A stretch of 63,941 bases of DNA, filler included, from Vannella sp. (lineage: Eukaryota): assembly GCA_023345925.1 (NCBI GenBank). It is 7 parts of 7 records of this genome, joined end to end, with 100 filler letters (N's around TTAATTAATTAA, not from the genome) between each part and the next. Parts side by side here need not be neighbours in the genome. Positions count along the whole stretch, not along the records: positions 1 to 7,690 come from JAJQQN010001263.1; positions 7,791 to 18,538 come from JAJQQN010001328.1; 5 more parts are not named here. One strand, written 5' to 3'. Numbering within the stretch: the stretch's first letter is position 1; every line of letters starts with the position of its first letter. Shown piece by piece: positions 1 through 11,906 of the stretch. The translations under genes were made by a program, and so were the position numbers. The notes under the pieces were generated by a model. It was not told where the DNA came from, did no database searches, and saw only the letters and a list, made by a program, of their open reading frames with translations.

Positions 1-112
1 ATCACAAATCAGTTCGGTTCCGCTCTCTGCTTGTGAGCGTCGCGCTTCGTTTGGGAAGGGAAGGACGGCATTAACGTGGGTGTGGGACAGGAGCGTGTAG
101 AGGGAGTTCACG

Positions 113-688
113 ATGAACTTGGAAGACTTTAATGATCCCGACTTTGACATGGGAGGGCCTTCCATGGGTGGGATTGATGACCGCCCCATCTCTCAGATGT
201 TTGCGGAGCCTCTGCATGTCGATGGAGGGGGAGCCGACTTTGGGGGCTTCGACTCGAACTTTGATAGCGACTTTGGAGGGTTTGATGCTGGTTTCTCTGG
301 ATTGGACAACGACTTTGGAGCCATGTCAACGGCCAGTCTTCCCCCTTTGAATAGCATCCCTAGCATGTCTGACTCTGGCATGAGCGATAGCTTTGGTGGA
401 GGATTCGGTGCCCGAGCACCACCTCCCCCATCTAGTCAAGCGCCCGTCTTCGTCCGCTCGAACCAGGGATTCGTCCCTGGCGGTGGTGGCAAACTAACTG
501 TGTGTTGCTGTGTCTTACTGTACGCTCTCCTGCTTGCTCTCCTGATTGTGAGTGTGGCGCTATCGGCAATTGTCCTTTACAAGGTGTACGGGCTCCAGTA
601 TGACCTCAATCACCTCAAACTCGTCATCTCAGTGCCCATCAACCCAGCACCATCGACTCTTCCTCCTCAGATCGCCCCTCCATATTAA
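113..688 (+). CDS. Hypothetical single-pass membrane protein; acidic Gly/Phe-rich N-terminus with DFGGF motifs
   Basis: 191-aa ATG ORF; hydrophobic segment [27 protein letters not shown]; repeated DFGGF/DFGAM. Confidence 0.75.
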   Translation: MNLEDFNDPDFDMGGPSMGGIDDRPISQMFAEPLHVDGGGADFGGFDSNFDSDFGGFDAGFSGLDNDFGAMSTASLPPLNSIPSMSDSGMSDSFGGGFGARAPPPPSSQAPVFVRSNQGFVPGGGGKLTVCCCVLLYALLLALLIVSVALSAIVLYKVYGLQYDLNHLKLVISVPINPAPSTLPPQIAPPY

Positions 689-849
689 CGTCCTTTGTGG
701 AGTGCTGGCAGAGCGCTCCAGCCGCTCCTCCAAGTATCTATTTCTGCCCTAAACCTTCCCTTGTCTCCCACTCAGCACCCTCCCGTCCCACCCTTGAAGG
801 AGGGAGCGAAAAGGAGCCATTTTTTGGTGCGCCTGGGCAAAGGGGCGGG

Positions 850-1674
850 ATGTCAGCCCCTCCACGAGAGGAGAGGAACCAGGAGGCCACAGTCTTTGTG
901 GGAGAGTTAGATGATCGTGTGGATGACGCTACTCTGTGGGAGCTTATGCTTCAGGTTGGTCCTGTGGTGGATGTTCACATCCCCAAGGACAAAGTCACAA
1001 TGGCTCATCAGGGCTTTGGCTTCGTCGAGTTCAATACCCCTGAGAATGCGGACTACGCTGCGAGGATCATGAATCTGGTACCTCTCTTTGGACGGGCCAT
1101 CAAAGTGAACAAGGCGCAGCATGGAAAGGCCAAAGAGACGACAATGGACGTTGGTGCGAACCTGTTTGTGGGGAACTTGGACTTAGAAGTGGATGAGAAG
1201 ATGATCTACGACACCTTCTGTGTGTTTGGACTGATCCTGGGCACTCCCAAGATCATGCGGGACCCTGAAAGTGGACAGTCTCGCGGCTTTGGCTTTATCA
1301 GCTTTGACTGCTTTGAGGCGAGTGATGCAGCGATTCAAGCCATGGATGGTCAGTTCATCTGTAACAGGCCAATCTCCGTCACTTACGCCCTGAAGAAGGG
1401 GAGTAAAGGCGAACGCCACGGTAGCGAGGCTGAGCGCATGCTTGCCGCTAAGAACGCCGTTCATCAACCAGGCTCTGTGGCTGGTTTCATGCGACCTGCT
1501 TTCCCCCCAATGATGGGAGGAATCCCTCCCATGATGTACGCTCCTCCCGCCATGGGCATGGGGATGATGCCTCCTCCTATGATGGGCATGGGGATGATGC
1601 CTCCTCCCATGTTAGGAGTTCCCCTGGCTATGATGGCCACTCCAAGTCTGAATTGGCCGGCCCCACCCCGCTAG
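850..1674 (+). CDS. SF3B4: Splicing factor 3B subunit 4 (SAP49/Hsh49)
   Basis: [14 protein letters not shown] start, two RRMs ([18 protein letters not shown]), [14 protein letters not shown] motif, Pro/Met-rich tail; ATG at 850. Confidence 0.95.
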   Translation: MSAPPREERNQEATVFVGELDDRVDDATLWELMLQVGPVVDVHIPKDKVTMAHQGFGFVEFNTPENADYAARIMNLVPLFGRAIKVNKAQHGKAKETTMDVGANLFVGNLDLEVDEKMIYDTFCVFGLILGTPKIMRDPESGQSRGFGFISFDCFEASDAAIQAMDGQFICNRPISVTYALKKGSKGERHGSEAERMLAAKNAVHQPGSVAGFMRPAFPPMMGGIPPMMYAPPAMGMGMMPPPMMGMGMMPPPMLGVPLAMMATPSLNWPAPPR

Positions 1675-1694
1675 CCTCGAATAGATCAGCTTTA

Positions 1695-2456
1695 TCACTG
1701 AAACTTGTTCGATTCGGAGAGGATCCTCTCGGGGTAGGCTTGGAGGACCAGATCAAAGCAAAAGTAGAAGCAGTAGACCGCTACGATCACTCCCAAATGG
1801 AGGATCTCGTGATGTCCGAACACGCCAGGCCAGAGATTGGGCTTCTTGAGCGAGTAGCAGACGGCTCCGATCGTCACAGCGACGCCTCCGATGAAGCAAA
1901 TGAGAATACCTTCGACACCACAGAAGTGGGAGTAGTAGCTGATGCGCTGGAGCTCCCACAGACTGCACCAGCCCAACACAAGGTAAGGGATGGACGTTAT
2001 CCACTTGGGCCCTTTCTCTACCAACTCAAAGAAGACCACCTTCTGGAGTACTCCAAACACAGCACCTATCCATCCTATCCAGATGATCGCCCGTCCCCCT
2101 CCTGGGAGAACAGAGAGGACGTTGTACGTGGTCGCGATCAGAATGAAGACCATCGAGTGATCAAGCATCCGTAAGGGACGGTAGAAGCGCCATGACCACG
2201 TAGGAACATGCAAGAACCCACTAGCACCAAAGACACTTGAGACACCAAAGCAATAGAGCAACACCGCCATCTCAGTGCCGGGTGGAGCCCGAGAAAACAG
2301 TCGCCAGCCTGTATACAAGCTCACAAAGAAGGCCAGAAGATGAGAGACACCTCGCAACAGTGGCCTCTGCCTTGCTATCTTTAAGCGATCCTCTTCTGCT
2401 CTCTCTTCCGCCGTCAGAGGCCGAACCGCCCCGCCTTCCCCACCCCGGCTCCTCAT
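1695..2456 (-). CDS. Hemolysin-III/PAQR family multi-pass membrane protein
   Basis: RPLLRGVSH, SGFLH, RMLDHSMVFILIATTY, FGHHEILH motifs; about 7 hydrophobic segments; intronless. Confidence 0.9.
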   Translation of the reverse strand: MRSRGGEGGAVRPLTAEERAEEDRLKIARQRPLLRGVSHLLAFFVSLYTGWRLFSRAPPGTEMAVLLYCFGVSSVFGASGFLHVPTWSWRFYRPLRMLDHSMVFILIATTYNVLSVLPGGGRAIIWIGWIGAVFGVLQKVVFFELVEKGPKWITSIPYLVLGWCSLWELQRISYYSHFCGVEGILICFIGGVAVTIGAVCYSLKKPNLWPGVFGHHEILHLGVIVAVYCFYFCFDLVLQAYPERILSESNKFQ

Positions 2457-2545
2457 AATGGCCTTGAAGAGGGTCCAATCTCCGCGAAGATGCTTGTTTA
2501 GAGGTCCTAGTCGAAGGAGAGAGAGATTGGTGAACAGGGAACTAG

Positions 2546-5500
2546 CTAGGATGACCTATTAGCTGCTGCAGAGAGGACAACACTGAGAACTCGTTCAAGG
2601 AAGGCTCGAATGTCTCCGTTCTCGTCGTGCTGCATTGCAGTTTGGATGTATCTAGCCATAATGGCTCTCAGGAAGTCACTGTTCCAGGTACCCCCTGAGA
2701 AGAGTGAGAAAAGGGAAGGGGAAGGCGAGGGGCCTTACGGGACACCTCGGAATGGCAGAGGCGGACGACTGCCGAGGAGATAGCGACTTGGAGAACGGTT
2801 TGCTCATTGACAACGTTGTTGCTCCACTTGTTTGCCACGTCTAGCCAGTCCTCAGAGGCCAAAGAAGCCGACCAAATAGCTGCATTGGCCTCGTTATTGG
2901 CATCTTGGTCCCTCAACTGAACCCCCCCGCATGTCAGAAGCTTTGAAAGACCCTTATGAGTATGTGTCTTACACAAGAAGTGTGAGTGAGGATGTTCAGA
3001 GCTTCCTCATAGTCTCTTTCGGAGAGTGCCTCTTCAATAAAGTACTCAGAACTGTTGGGAACATCATTGTCGGGCTCATGGACCTTCTGATAGTCATTCA
3101 AGAACCGTGCGTGATCAATCTGGAGCGTGTCTTTGCTATTTCCTGCCAGTTTGGCCAGCTTACTTAGCCCCAAAAGCGTGGAACGGCGTTGAATGCTGTC
3201 CGTTTCCCTGAATGAATCCTGGAGAAGAGCGTTGGATGCTGTTTCCCACTTTTTCATGCGAATCGAGTGAATCCAAGCATAGCGGGGGTGTGGCTGAAGG
3301 AATAGGGAGAGCTGGTCTTCGGTTACAGCGAAAGAAGAGCCTTGAATGACCTTTAAACGGTCTCCCAGAAGCAAGTGATAGCGCCCTTGCTCACGGAAAT
3401 ACTCATAAACCAGGGCGGGAAAGTCAGTATTCTGATACTTGATGAGGTAGGGGTTGAGAGCATCGATGTTATCTGGGTACTGGGCGTGGTTGCAGATCTG
3501 AATAATCGTGTTGTAGTCCCTAAATCGTTCGGCCAGGTCTTGGGCCGCTTCTCTATCAAAGGCTAGGAAAGGCCCTTCCAAGATTAAGCTCTTCTTGGAT
3601 TGCTCAAACATCTCCTGAATGGCCATTCGCTGTTCGCGAGAAATGAGTTGTTCCTCCTCCAGCTGGAACTGATAAGTATCCAAAAGGAACTCATCCAGTT
3701 GGCGTAATTGGTCTCCCAGTCGCTTCACATCTTGACGAGCTCCTGAATCGCACAAATGTCGGAGGTACTTGCCGTTAAACTCGACATTGTGCTGCAAAAC
3801 AAGTTGACGCAGACCCTTTTGGAAGTTCCAAAGGGTGACGGTGTACTCTGTCCCTTCGATGCCCAGTTTCTCACAAAACCCTTTTCGTAACTCCCATGGC
3901 TTTCGAAGGAGACTCTGTTTACAGTGGATTAGTAGCAGAAAGAGACATAGGAAGAGGAGGAGGCGTACGAGGAAGGTGAGATTACTCTCGTAAAGATATT
4001 GACTGGTGCGAACAGGATTGGCTCGAAGGAACTGGGTAAGAGGAAGGAAGCTCAATAGCTGGTCCACTTTAGTGACCTGGCGGAAGAACACATCTTCAAC
4101 AGTGTATCCTTGCCGCTTGTAGTCGCCACCTTCAGGGTTGCGTGCGGTCACACAATCCTCCATAGCCTGCCTAATGAGGGTGGAGGGCTCGGCTAATGAG
4201 CCCAGTTTCTTACACAAAGACATAGCGCCTTCTATTTTCTCCATGTGAACAAGAAGTTGGTAGGCTGCAGGCTGTGGAAGCAGCTGAATAGCCTTTGAGA
4301 GTCGCAAAAACTCGATGAATTGGCGGTGTTTCTCGTATTTCTCGTTCAATCGCTGATGAAGGAGCAAGGAAGACTGCTCTCCCTCATCCTCCATTGGGTT
4401 GCTGTCTTTTGAGTCTTCTTTGTCGTCCAGGATGCCCTCACTCATTCGTACCACCTTTGCAATGAGTTCTTTCGAGTCATTCCGGTCCTTTGAGTCTGAA
4501 AACTCTTCCACTCGATTGTTTCGCATGTAGGCTTCAAAACGATCACCCAGAAGGTCCGATTTGAGCGCCTTCGAACGCTCAGACTGTTTGATGACCCGAG
4601 TAACATCCACCCGGAGGAGCTCTTTGGAAGTAGCTACGAGTAAAGAGTCTCCTGTAACCGCTGCCACTCCAAAGGATGACACTAGAGCGACGAGGGGGTC
4701 CTTTTTGGCGGGAACTGAGACAATCCAGTGAGGGAATGCAAAAGGAAATACTTGCAAGACACTTGCCTTCTGTTACTATCAGTTGCCCAGCCACGGAGAT
4801 GACAACAGCACCGTCTGTTGTGATGACAAGCTGTGACTTAATCCCTTCGGAAGAGTCCGCCACGATTTGGCGGGAAGAAGGCACCGCCTTCTTGATCTGG
4901 AACTCGCCATGTGAGGGGAGAACGTTCTCTACTTGCACCAGATAGACTCCTTCGTTGGATTGGGGTTGGAGAAGGACATACGCCGACTTTCGGTACCTTT
5001 GGAGCCTCAATAAGTCTACTGGACCTCGCAGTTGCTCTTCTACTGTGGGACGGAGGATGATCTCCCGTACAAACTAAGAGGGAGGATGAGATCAGGGTGA
5101 AAGGGAGCTGGAGGAACTAACCTGACTCTCAGTGGCGGTGGATTTGAAAACTTCAATGCCGCTCTCTGTGAGGGCCAGGAGGTAGAACCCTTCGATAGCT
5201 TGGTCCTTGAACTTGACTGGGAAGGCACAGAGATCGATAAGGCTCTGTCCGGAGGTGTTGGATGAGCTACTCCAGGACCCCCAAGAGAACATTCGCCCCA
5301 AAACACTCGCTGTCTTTCCTGCTTGGCGTAACAGGTCAAGAGTAGGGTTCCCTGTAGTCTCTTTCTTGGTGCGAAGGTGGTAGAACTGTCCCTGGGAAGT
5401 TCCCACCCACGCAAAACACCCGCTGCACTCCAAAGCCGTCACTGTCGATCCAGCAGGCAGAGGAAGGGCCAGGCTACGTGTTGTACTCTTCTTATAAGAT

Positions 5501-5868
5501 GGCCAAAAGCGAATCTCACCCTGCTGTGACACAGAGAAGACCCCAGCGCCATCACTAGTGAAAGCAGCGAAACAGTCGTCTCCTGAGAGAACCAGCTCAA
5601 ACACATCGTTAGCCCCGGTCGACGAGTCCTCGTGTAGCTCCCAGATGATCACTTGGCTGTCGATCACAAAGGCGCAGGTCCCCTTCTCAGCAGGGTTCAC
5701 CATCGCTGTTGGCGTTCCCTTCGCTGATCTCAGAGCATCGCGTACGCTTGGAGGATGCTGCACAAAGGAGCGTACTGTGTGTCCGTCATTATGCTGGTGG
5801 AACTCCTTCCTCTTCCCGCTAGAAGGGCCCACCGCCCGCGGTGTTCCGATCCTCCTTCGGCCGAACAT
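2546..5868 (-). CDS. NUP133: Nucleoporin Nup133-like protein (multi-exon)
   Basis: N-terminal beta-propeller-like exons (GEIRFWPS); C-terminal helical region with LAERFRDYNTIIQIC, YAWIHSI, RRSTLLGLSKLAKLA typical of Nup133; last exon ends ...AANRSS* at 2546. Confidence 0.8.
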
Positions 5869-5957
5869 GAAAGAATGGTCCTGGCGGGACGCCCTTTGGC
5901 AGTAAGAGAGAAAACTACGTTTATATTACTGTGTTACAAGATGGGAGCTGGGAGGGC

Positions 5958-6683
5958 TCATTTTAACCTCTCGGTTGGTTCCCAGTCGCTGTCGGACTCT
6001 GATAGCGTCTCATCGAGAGGTCGGAGAAGAGAGAGGATAGTTGGGTCGTCTGTCATCGTTTGAGCAAGTGCCAGAGGCGTCTGGCCTTGGTAATCCCGCG
6101 CTCGGAGACGGGCGCCGCGGCTTACTAGCATCTCGAGGATCTCTATTCCACCATGGAGTACGGCATAGTGAAGAGGTGTCCATTGGACAAAGTCTGCAGC
6201 GTTCACATCCGCTCCCTGCTGCAGCAGCCACTGGATAATCTCCTGTTTCGCTCCGATTGGGGCGAGATCGTCTCGTTGGAGGAGGGCACAGAGAAGGGTG
6301 CAGCCTTCATCGTTTAGCTTGTTCATAGGAAAGCCGTGTTCCAGAAGACAGCTGGCTTTCTCGAACTCACGTTGGCTCAGGAGCTCTTCTAAAACTTGAA
6401 AGGAGTCCAGCTCTTCGGGAGGGGTCGTCCTCGCATCCATCAAGATATCCTGGTGTCCATGAAGCATCTGCGTCACTACTCTTCGTACAGAGAAGTAATG
6501 AAGCCTTGGGGATCCACCAAACGAGGTAGCTCGACAATGGAATGCTGATTGACAGCGCCTCTGCCATATGGAGGGATCATTGATCACACCATAGTACTCT
6601 TTGTTCACTTGACTAAGGTGTAACAAGTCAAAAGGGCCCAGATACTCGCAAATGACCACCAAAATCTCGTCCGGCAGATCCAT
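5958..6683 (-). CDS. F-box + ankyrin-repeat protein
   Basis: MDLPDEILVVICEYLGPFDLLHLSQVNK (F-box); GCTLL, GADVNAADFVQWTPLHYAV, GQTPLALA (ankyrin repeats); an alternative upstream ATG (MDLLNQ) exists. Confidence 0.88.
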   Translation of the reverse strand: MDLPDEILVVICEYLGPFDLLHLSQVNKEYYGVINDPSIWQRRCQSAFHCRATSFGGSPRLHYFSVRRVVTQMLHGHQDILMDARTTPPEELDSFQVLEELLSQREFEKASCLLEHGFPMNKLNDEGCTLLCALLQRDDLAPIGAKQEIIQWLLQQGADVNAADFVQWTPLHYAVLHGGIEILEMLVSRGARLRARDYQGQTPLALAQTMTDDPTILSLLRPLDETLSESDSDWEPTERLK

Positions 6684-6736
6684 GAAGTCCTCTTTGGGGC
6701 TCCAAACAATGAACTTGCAAGGCGCTTGTGTCTGGT

Positions 6737-7690
6737 TCAACAAGTCCATTTGTTCCAAAGGCTCCACGCGCTGATGGGGTTGCGAGGGAAGGTTGGCGCA
6801 AGGCGGAAGGATACTCCTGGTTCAAAGCGGGCGGGGCGGGGCGAGTGGACAAGATGAGAGGAACATCTTGGTGAAGAATGTGGTCAAGCCCCTGGTTGAA
6901 CTCGTTGCGGTGAAGAACGTACGAGATCTTGGTTCAGAGGCATGTCTTCCAAAAGACAAGGCGGATAAACGGTTCAAAGATGGTTTTGGGGTTCATCTCA
7001 CGCTCTTGTGCAAAGAGGCTCGCCTTCAGAGGGTCCATCACCCAGCCGACAGAGTGAACCGGCTCCTTTTTCTTTTCGCCTTCCGCGCTGCGCACCTCTC
7101 TCCGTGCGAGCTGATCCTGCGGCCTGGTTCGATAGTCTATGCGGTTCCGTTCTTTATTGGCTTTGCCATTGAGAAGGAGTTCATACTAATAAGTGAACGA
7201 GTGGCAGTAGTCCCTCCCTTCCCCTCGCCCAACTGCGACGATGTTGCCCCGGGCTTAATCATCTACAGATAGACCGTTAGTACGAGTGGAGATGGGGAGG
7301 TAGCAATTGGTCCCAGCAATCCTTTTTTTTGCATCGTCCACTCTTGTGAGCTATGGAAGACCACAGATCTCATGGGATGGAGAAGAGTGCGCTAAACTCC
7401 TCGTGGGATCACGGCGTGACCTCAACAGGCACGCTTTCTCCACCGTTTTCGAACCTTTCCCTGGGGTCTAACATGGTATAGAGCAAACCCAACGGATGGT
7501 GTTTCCGATCTCTGGGTGTTGTTGCGTGAGCATGAGAGCAGGAGATGATTTTTTTCTGATTTCCTTTGATGATGTAGAGCCTCTGAAGATGAAATCTCTG
7601 ATGATCAACGTCAACTCGACGAATGGTTGAAAGAGAATCGAGAGAGACTACTCCATATGATGAGGTGAGCAATCCTTCTCCTCCTTCTCT
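6737..7690 (-). CDS. Probable spliced hypothetical gene (start uncertain, near contig edge)
   Basis: Open segments YELLLNGKANKERNRIDYR...EMNPKTIFEP and ISYVLHRNEFNQG...WNKWTC* separated by a GT..AG intron-like stretch; no family recognised. Confidence 0.35.
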
Positions 7691-7790
7691 NNNNNNNNNN
7701 NNNNNNNNNNNNNNNNNNNNNNNNNNNNNNNNNNTTAATTAATTAANNNNNNNNNNNNNNNNNNNNNNNNNNNNNNNNNNNNNNNNNNNN
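7691..7790. other. Artificial contig spacer
   Basis: N-run, TTAATTAATTAA (stops in six frames), N-run; 100 nt. Confidence 0.99.
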
Positions 7791-7841
7791 AATGGACTAA
7801 ACCCTAGCAGCGATTCGGTTCATTTCACCTTTGGCTGGCAG

Positions 7842-9788
7842 ATGGGGCGATCTGTTCGCGGCAGTACAGATGGGGATGAACAAGAGCTAGATGTAGATCG
7901 TAATGACGATGAGGAGGAAGAGACGATGGTGAGGGAGGTATCAAAGAACCTCAGCCGTCTCTCGGTTCCCACCCATCGGAGACTTCGATCGCGCTCAGCA
8001 GAGGCGAGCAAAGAACTTGAAGATCCTGAGACCTCCACAGAAGACAAGCGCCTGAGCGCCAGCCGGGTCCATTCAGAGGAGGATCCATGCTTTGAAGAAG
8101 AGTCTTCCAACACGGACCCTTCCTTGGGATCAGAAGAAGGAACATCAGGAGGATCAGCCCCTCTACTGTTAGCTGATAACGTACTACTCGGACTCTCACC
8201 GCCAGTAGGGAAGCTGCCATCATCTTCCCCAAGCCTGGGAGGACGTAAACGGCGGAAGGACAGCACCTGCAACTCTTCCCTTCGCAATGCGACGCCTCTT
8301 AAGCTATCACGTATCAAGAAGACATCAAACGCTATCCTCAAGCGTTCTGCTACTGACGTCAAGCTCAAAAAACGCCCCTCAGAGGCAGCACCAGTGGTTG
8401 ACACCCTCTTCACTCATTTTCTCCAAGTATGGGCCCTCCCAGTGACCAAGACCTCTCTGTTACTAACACTCACTGTGATAGGCTGTCACAGAACAGGATT
8501 CAACACTTCTGAGGATCATTCTACGCCAGGCACGTTGCCCGCCCTGTTCTGAAGGTGTCGTACGTCTGCTGCTCCTTGTAGCGTTTACTGAGCCCTCTAA
8601 CATGGTTGAATAGCAACTTAATCTACTCTGCGCTGTATCTGACCTGATAATCTCCCCCAACGAGTTCATAACAAGCTCTTTAGAGGGATTCCTTGAGATG
8701 TTCGTTCGTGAAGACCTCCAGGGCGTCCCACTGGGTGCAGAGAACACATATTGGAAGTCCTTCTGCTCAAGAAATGCGCCAGGAGAGAAACTGTTCACCA
8801 GCCTGACGAAGAATGTCGATGTCCTCGAATGGTACCACGCCGCTGAGGTGTTCATTGCCTCGATTCTCTCCAGGTCACCTTCGTTCCGGGATGCCTTCAG
8901 AAGTTTCACTGAGAAGCTAGAATCTGGAAGCTCCATAGGATCTGGGGAGAGAACCTCTCGGCAGAAGTTGAAACGTCACAAAATCTTCCCGTTAGTCTTT
9001 TCTTTCCTCACAGAGGCAATGGCCAGTGACTCTACGCTTCTTCCAACGTAAGTAACAGGAATTCCTGGCGTAATTGCGGCTTCCTGACGCCGATTCCAGA
9101 ATCTTTGGAACGTTATCCTCGATCAAACGAATAGTTGGTATCCGAAACACGAAATATCACGTAGAGGGAGCCATATTCCGGATTCTGGTCGAGTCCATTA
9201 TTTTATTGATGTATCATCCACGGAAATGGAGCTTTGAACAAGGTAATTTACTCAATGGGGGTGGAAGTGTCTTACAGAATCCAGATTTCTCCTCCAAACT
9301 TCGGGGCCTTCTTCAAGAAGTAGCAGATACAGTGCAATGCTCCTTACTAGAGGCCAAGTATCAGTGCCACAATCAAATAGAATCCAGTCTCCTCAAGAAT
9401 GTAAGTGAAATATCCCTAAAGTCAATAGAATCTACCCCCTGATAACAATCTGGCTCCAGATTACCACACTCATCGAAGAATTCATCAAGTTTGGCACAAA
9501 TCCGTATAATCAGCCGCTGCCAAGGGTGATGCCTTGGGTAGATACGAAATCTTCTATTGCCCTTCTATACCACCACCTGCTTCTCCACTTCCAGGCTATT
9601 TGGGCACTCATTGTGACAGAGGCACCCAATCTCACTTTCAGCCTTCTCTCCTTTGCTGGTGTCAGTCTGGGGGCCATCCGCGAACATCATTCTCTCACAG
9701 AAAGAATTTCAACGCAATAATACCTCATTCCTTCCAAGCCCAACAAGCCCATGATGAAGCTTTCTTGTCTCTATCAGCGGCACTCTGA
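7842..9788 (+). CDS. Hypothetical multi-exon protein; acidic/basic disordered N-terminus with NLS-like motifs, helical C-terminus
   Basis: Consecutive + strand ORFs (7842, 8698, 9074, 9526) separated by short GT-AG introns; GRKRRK and KLKKRP motifs; ends uncertain. Confidence 0.55.
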
Positions 9789-9882
9789 AAAAGAGCTTGG
9801 TACATTTCTTTGCTGGCTGGTTACAACAACTTGTGGCCAAGGAAGGTGGAACACGAAAAGCAGAAATGTCACTTCCAAAAAC

Positions 9883-10862
9883 TCATTCCAGTCGGACGAT
9901 ATCGTCTGATCCTGGATAAAAGGGGAGGTCAAGTTGATACTTTTCTTGGAGAGATCTGATAGCCCGGGACTAAATGAGTGTTGGACAAGAGTTGAATCAA
10001 ACAACTTACGGAGGAACAAAGCGCCCTCCGAGCCAGTGGTTTCCCTTGAAGTGCTCCGAAGCAGCCTTTGGGGCTGTCAAGGAGACTACTATTTGGTCAG
10101 AATTCACACTTTCCGTAAGAATAGGGAGAACCCACTGAGAGTAGCTGGTCGGTAACTTTCTGTGATACTTCCCTCCAGTGGGCCCAACTCAACATCCCAT
10201 CCACTAGGTATATCAACAGCAACTGTTGGAATCTTCTTAGAGAGTTCAAACAACCTCTGCAGAGCTACTGGTCAACTAATAGACACTAATTTTCGCAATC
10301 TTGACTCACTGGCAGCACTCTTTCGTAAGGAGCACGAAGAGGGAGCTTGAAACTAAACCCAAAGAGAGCATCTACAATTAGGGCCCAGTCTGATGGCATT
10401 TGGCCGCTCGAAAAGTCCTCCACGGAAGAGAGAACCTCGATTTGGAGCTGGCGACATTGCTTAACGAGATTCTAAAGGTGATTAGAGCAGCAAGTAAGAG
10501 TGAATAAGACTATATACCTGGAACAAGGGCCTATTGGGCTGCTTGGGATAGAGAACAACAGGTTCATAGCCATAGTGAAAGAGGTGTCTAGCAGCTACGA
10601 GTCCATCTCCTCCGTTATCTAGGAAACGATCGCGAGGAATGAGACCAGAGATCTTCGATACCAGAGACGGGACCTTACTGCCGGGTCCCACGAGAACGAG
10701 CACCTTCTTGTTCTCTCCCACGGGAGGATGCTGTCGATAACATACTCTCGCCACAGCCAAGCCCGCCAACTCCATCAGTTGATCTACAGAGAACCCAAAC
10801 TCTTCTCCCATCAAGTCCTCATCGATCCTGGCCGACATATCCCCGGACAGCAACCGAACCAT
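9883..10862 (-). CDS. NAXE: NAD(P)H-hydrate epimerase (YjeF-N; multi-exon)
   Basis: FSVDQLMELAGLAVA, GPG(N)NGGDGLVAARHL, IVDALFGFSF, IPSGWDVE, VSLTAPK, HWLGGRFVP, LPLYPGSD. Confidence 0.93.
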
Positions 10863-10969
10863 CCCAACCACTCCAACGCGAAGGGGAAATGCACGGGAAT
10901 GGGGGAAATGTACTTTCCTTTTGAGTCAATGGGGAAATGCGCATTTCCCCATTGTTTCTTGGGAAGACG
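10863..10969. promoter_or_regulatory. Bidirectional promoter region (NAXE/derlin) with repeated GGGGAAATG motif and 28-bp palindrome
   Basis: 107 nt between divergent ATGs; CAATGGGGAAATGC|GCATTTCCCCATTG at 10927-10954 plus two more GGGGAAATG copies. Confidence 0.6.
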
Positions 10970-11863
10970 ATGAGCTTGGCAGAGTGGTACAATGAGATCC
11001 CTCCGGTGACGCGTGTGTTGTTCACCAGTAGCTTCGCCTTTACACTTCTTCCTTCTTTCAAGCTGCTCCCTATTAAGAGCTTGCTTCTCGACTACGCCCA
11101 CGTGGTGAAGGGGTTTGAGGTGAGATTGCCTTCTTTTGCGAACATCTTCAAGTGCTGATGGGTGTAGCTATGGAGAGTGTACACCTGCTTCTTTGTCTAC
11201 TCTCTGGGCTTCCCCTTTTTGATGAACATGGTCTTCCTCTACCGCTATTCCACTGCACTCGAGCAGGGCGCTTTCGCTGGGCGTACTGGCGATTATCTTT
11301 GGATGCTCATCGTCTCCTCATTGACTCTTGTCGTAGGTTCTCTCCTGAGGATGTCAGCTTTGACTCACTGAGAGGGAACTGCAGTTCATTGGACTGTACT
11401 GGAACCTCTCCACGTTGGGGACATGTCTGATGGTTGTGATCGTGTACTACTGGTCTCGTCAGAACGCAGATCAGATCGTGAGCTTCTACTTTGGGATCAC
11501 CTTCAAGGCAGTGTACTTCCCTTGGGCTCTTGTGGCCATGAATGTCCTCATGGGAGGCAGTCCAATCCCTTATGTAAGCCCATCTACTCACAGGCACTCT
11601 TCTGATCTCTCCTAGCTTACTGGAATCGGGGTTGGTCACCTCTTTTTCTTCCTCGAAGACGTGGCGCCTTTGGCCTACGGAGTTCGCTTGCTCCGCACTC
11701 CCAAGTTCATGTATGATCACCCCCTTTGCTGACCCTGCGACCTGTGACTAACGTGATGGTCAGCTATGGCCTTATGGACCCATCCCTGAACATTAACACC
11801 GGATTCGCCCCTCAAAGGGCCGTCCAAAGAGCTTGGGGGCAAGGACAGCGCCTGGTTGGGTAA
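10970..11863 (+). CDS. Derlin (DER1 family ERAD membrane protein; multi-exon)
   Basis: WYNEIPPVTR, WRVYTCFF, FLYRYSTALE, FKAVYFPW, GIGVGHLFFFLED, C-terminal WGQGQRLVG*. Confidence 0.95.
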
Positions 11864-11906
11864 CCTCCACGTTTATTCGCCTTCCGTTTGGTATAAACAA
11901 AGCTCA

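Noticed and set aside
697..849. N-terminal extension of SF3B4 in the ORF track
   Set aside because: Begins at GTG; homology starts at ATG 850
1552..1608. Tandem repeat encoding MGMGMMPPP
   Set aside because: Ordinary low-complexity Pro/Met tail of SF3B4
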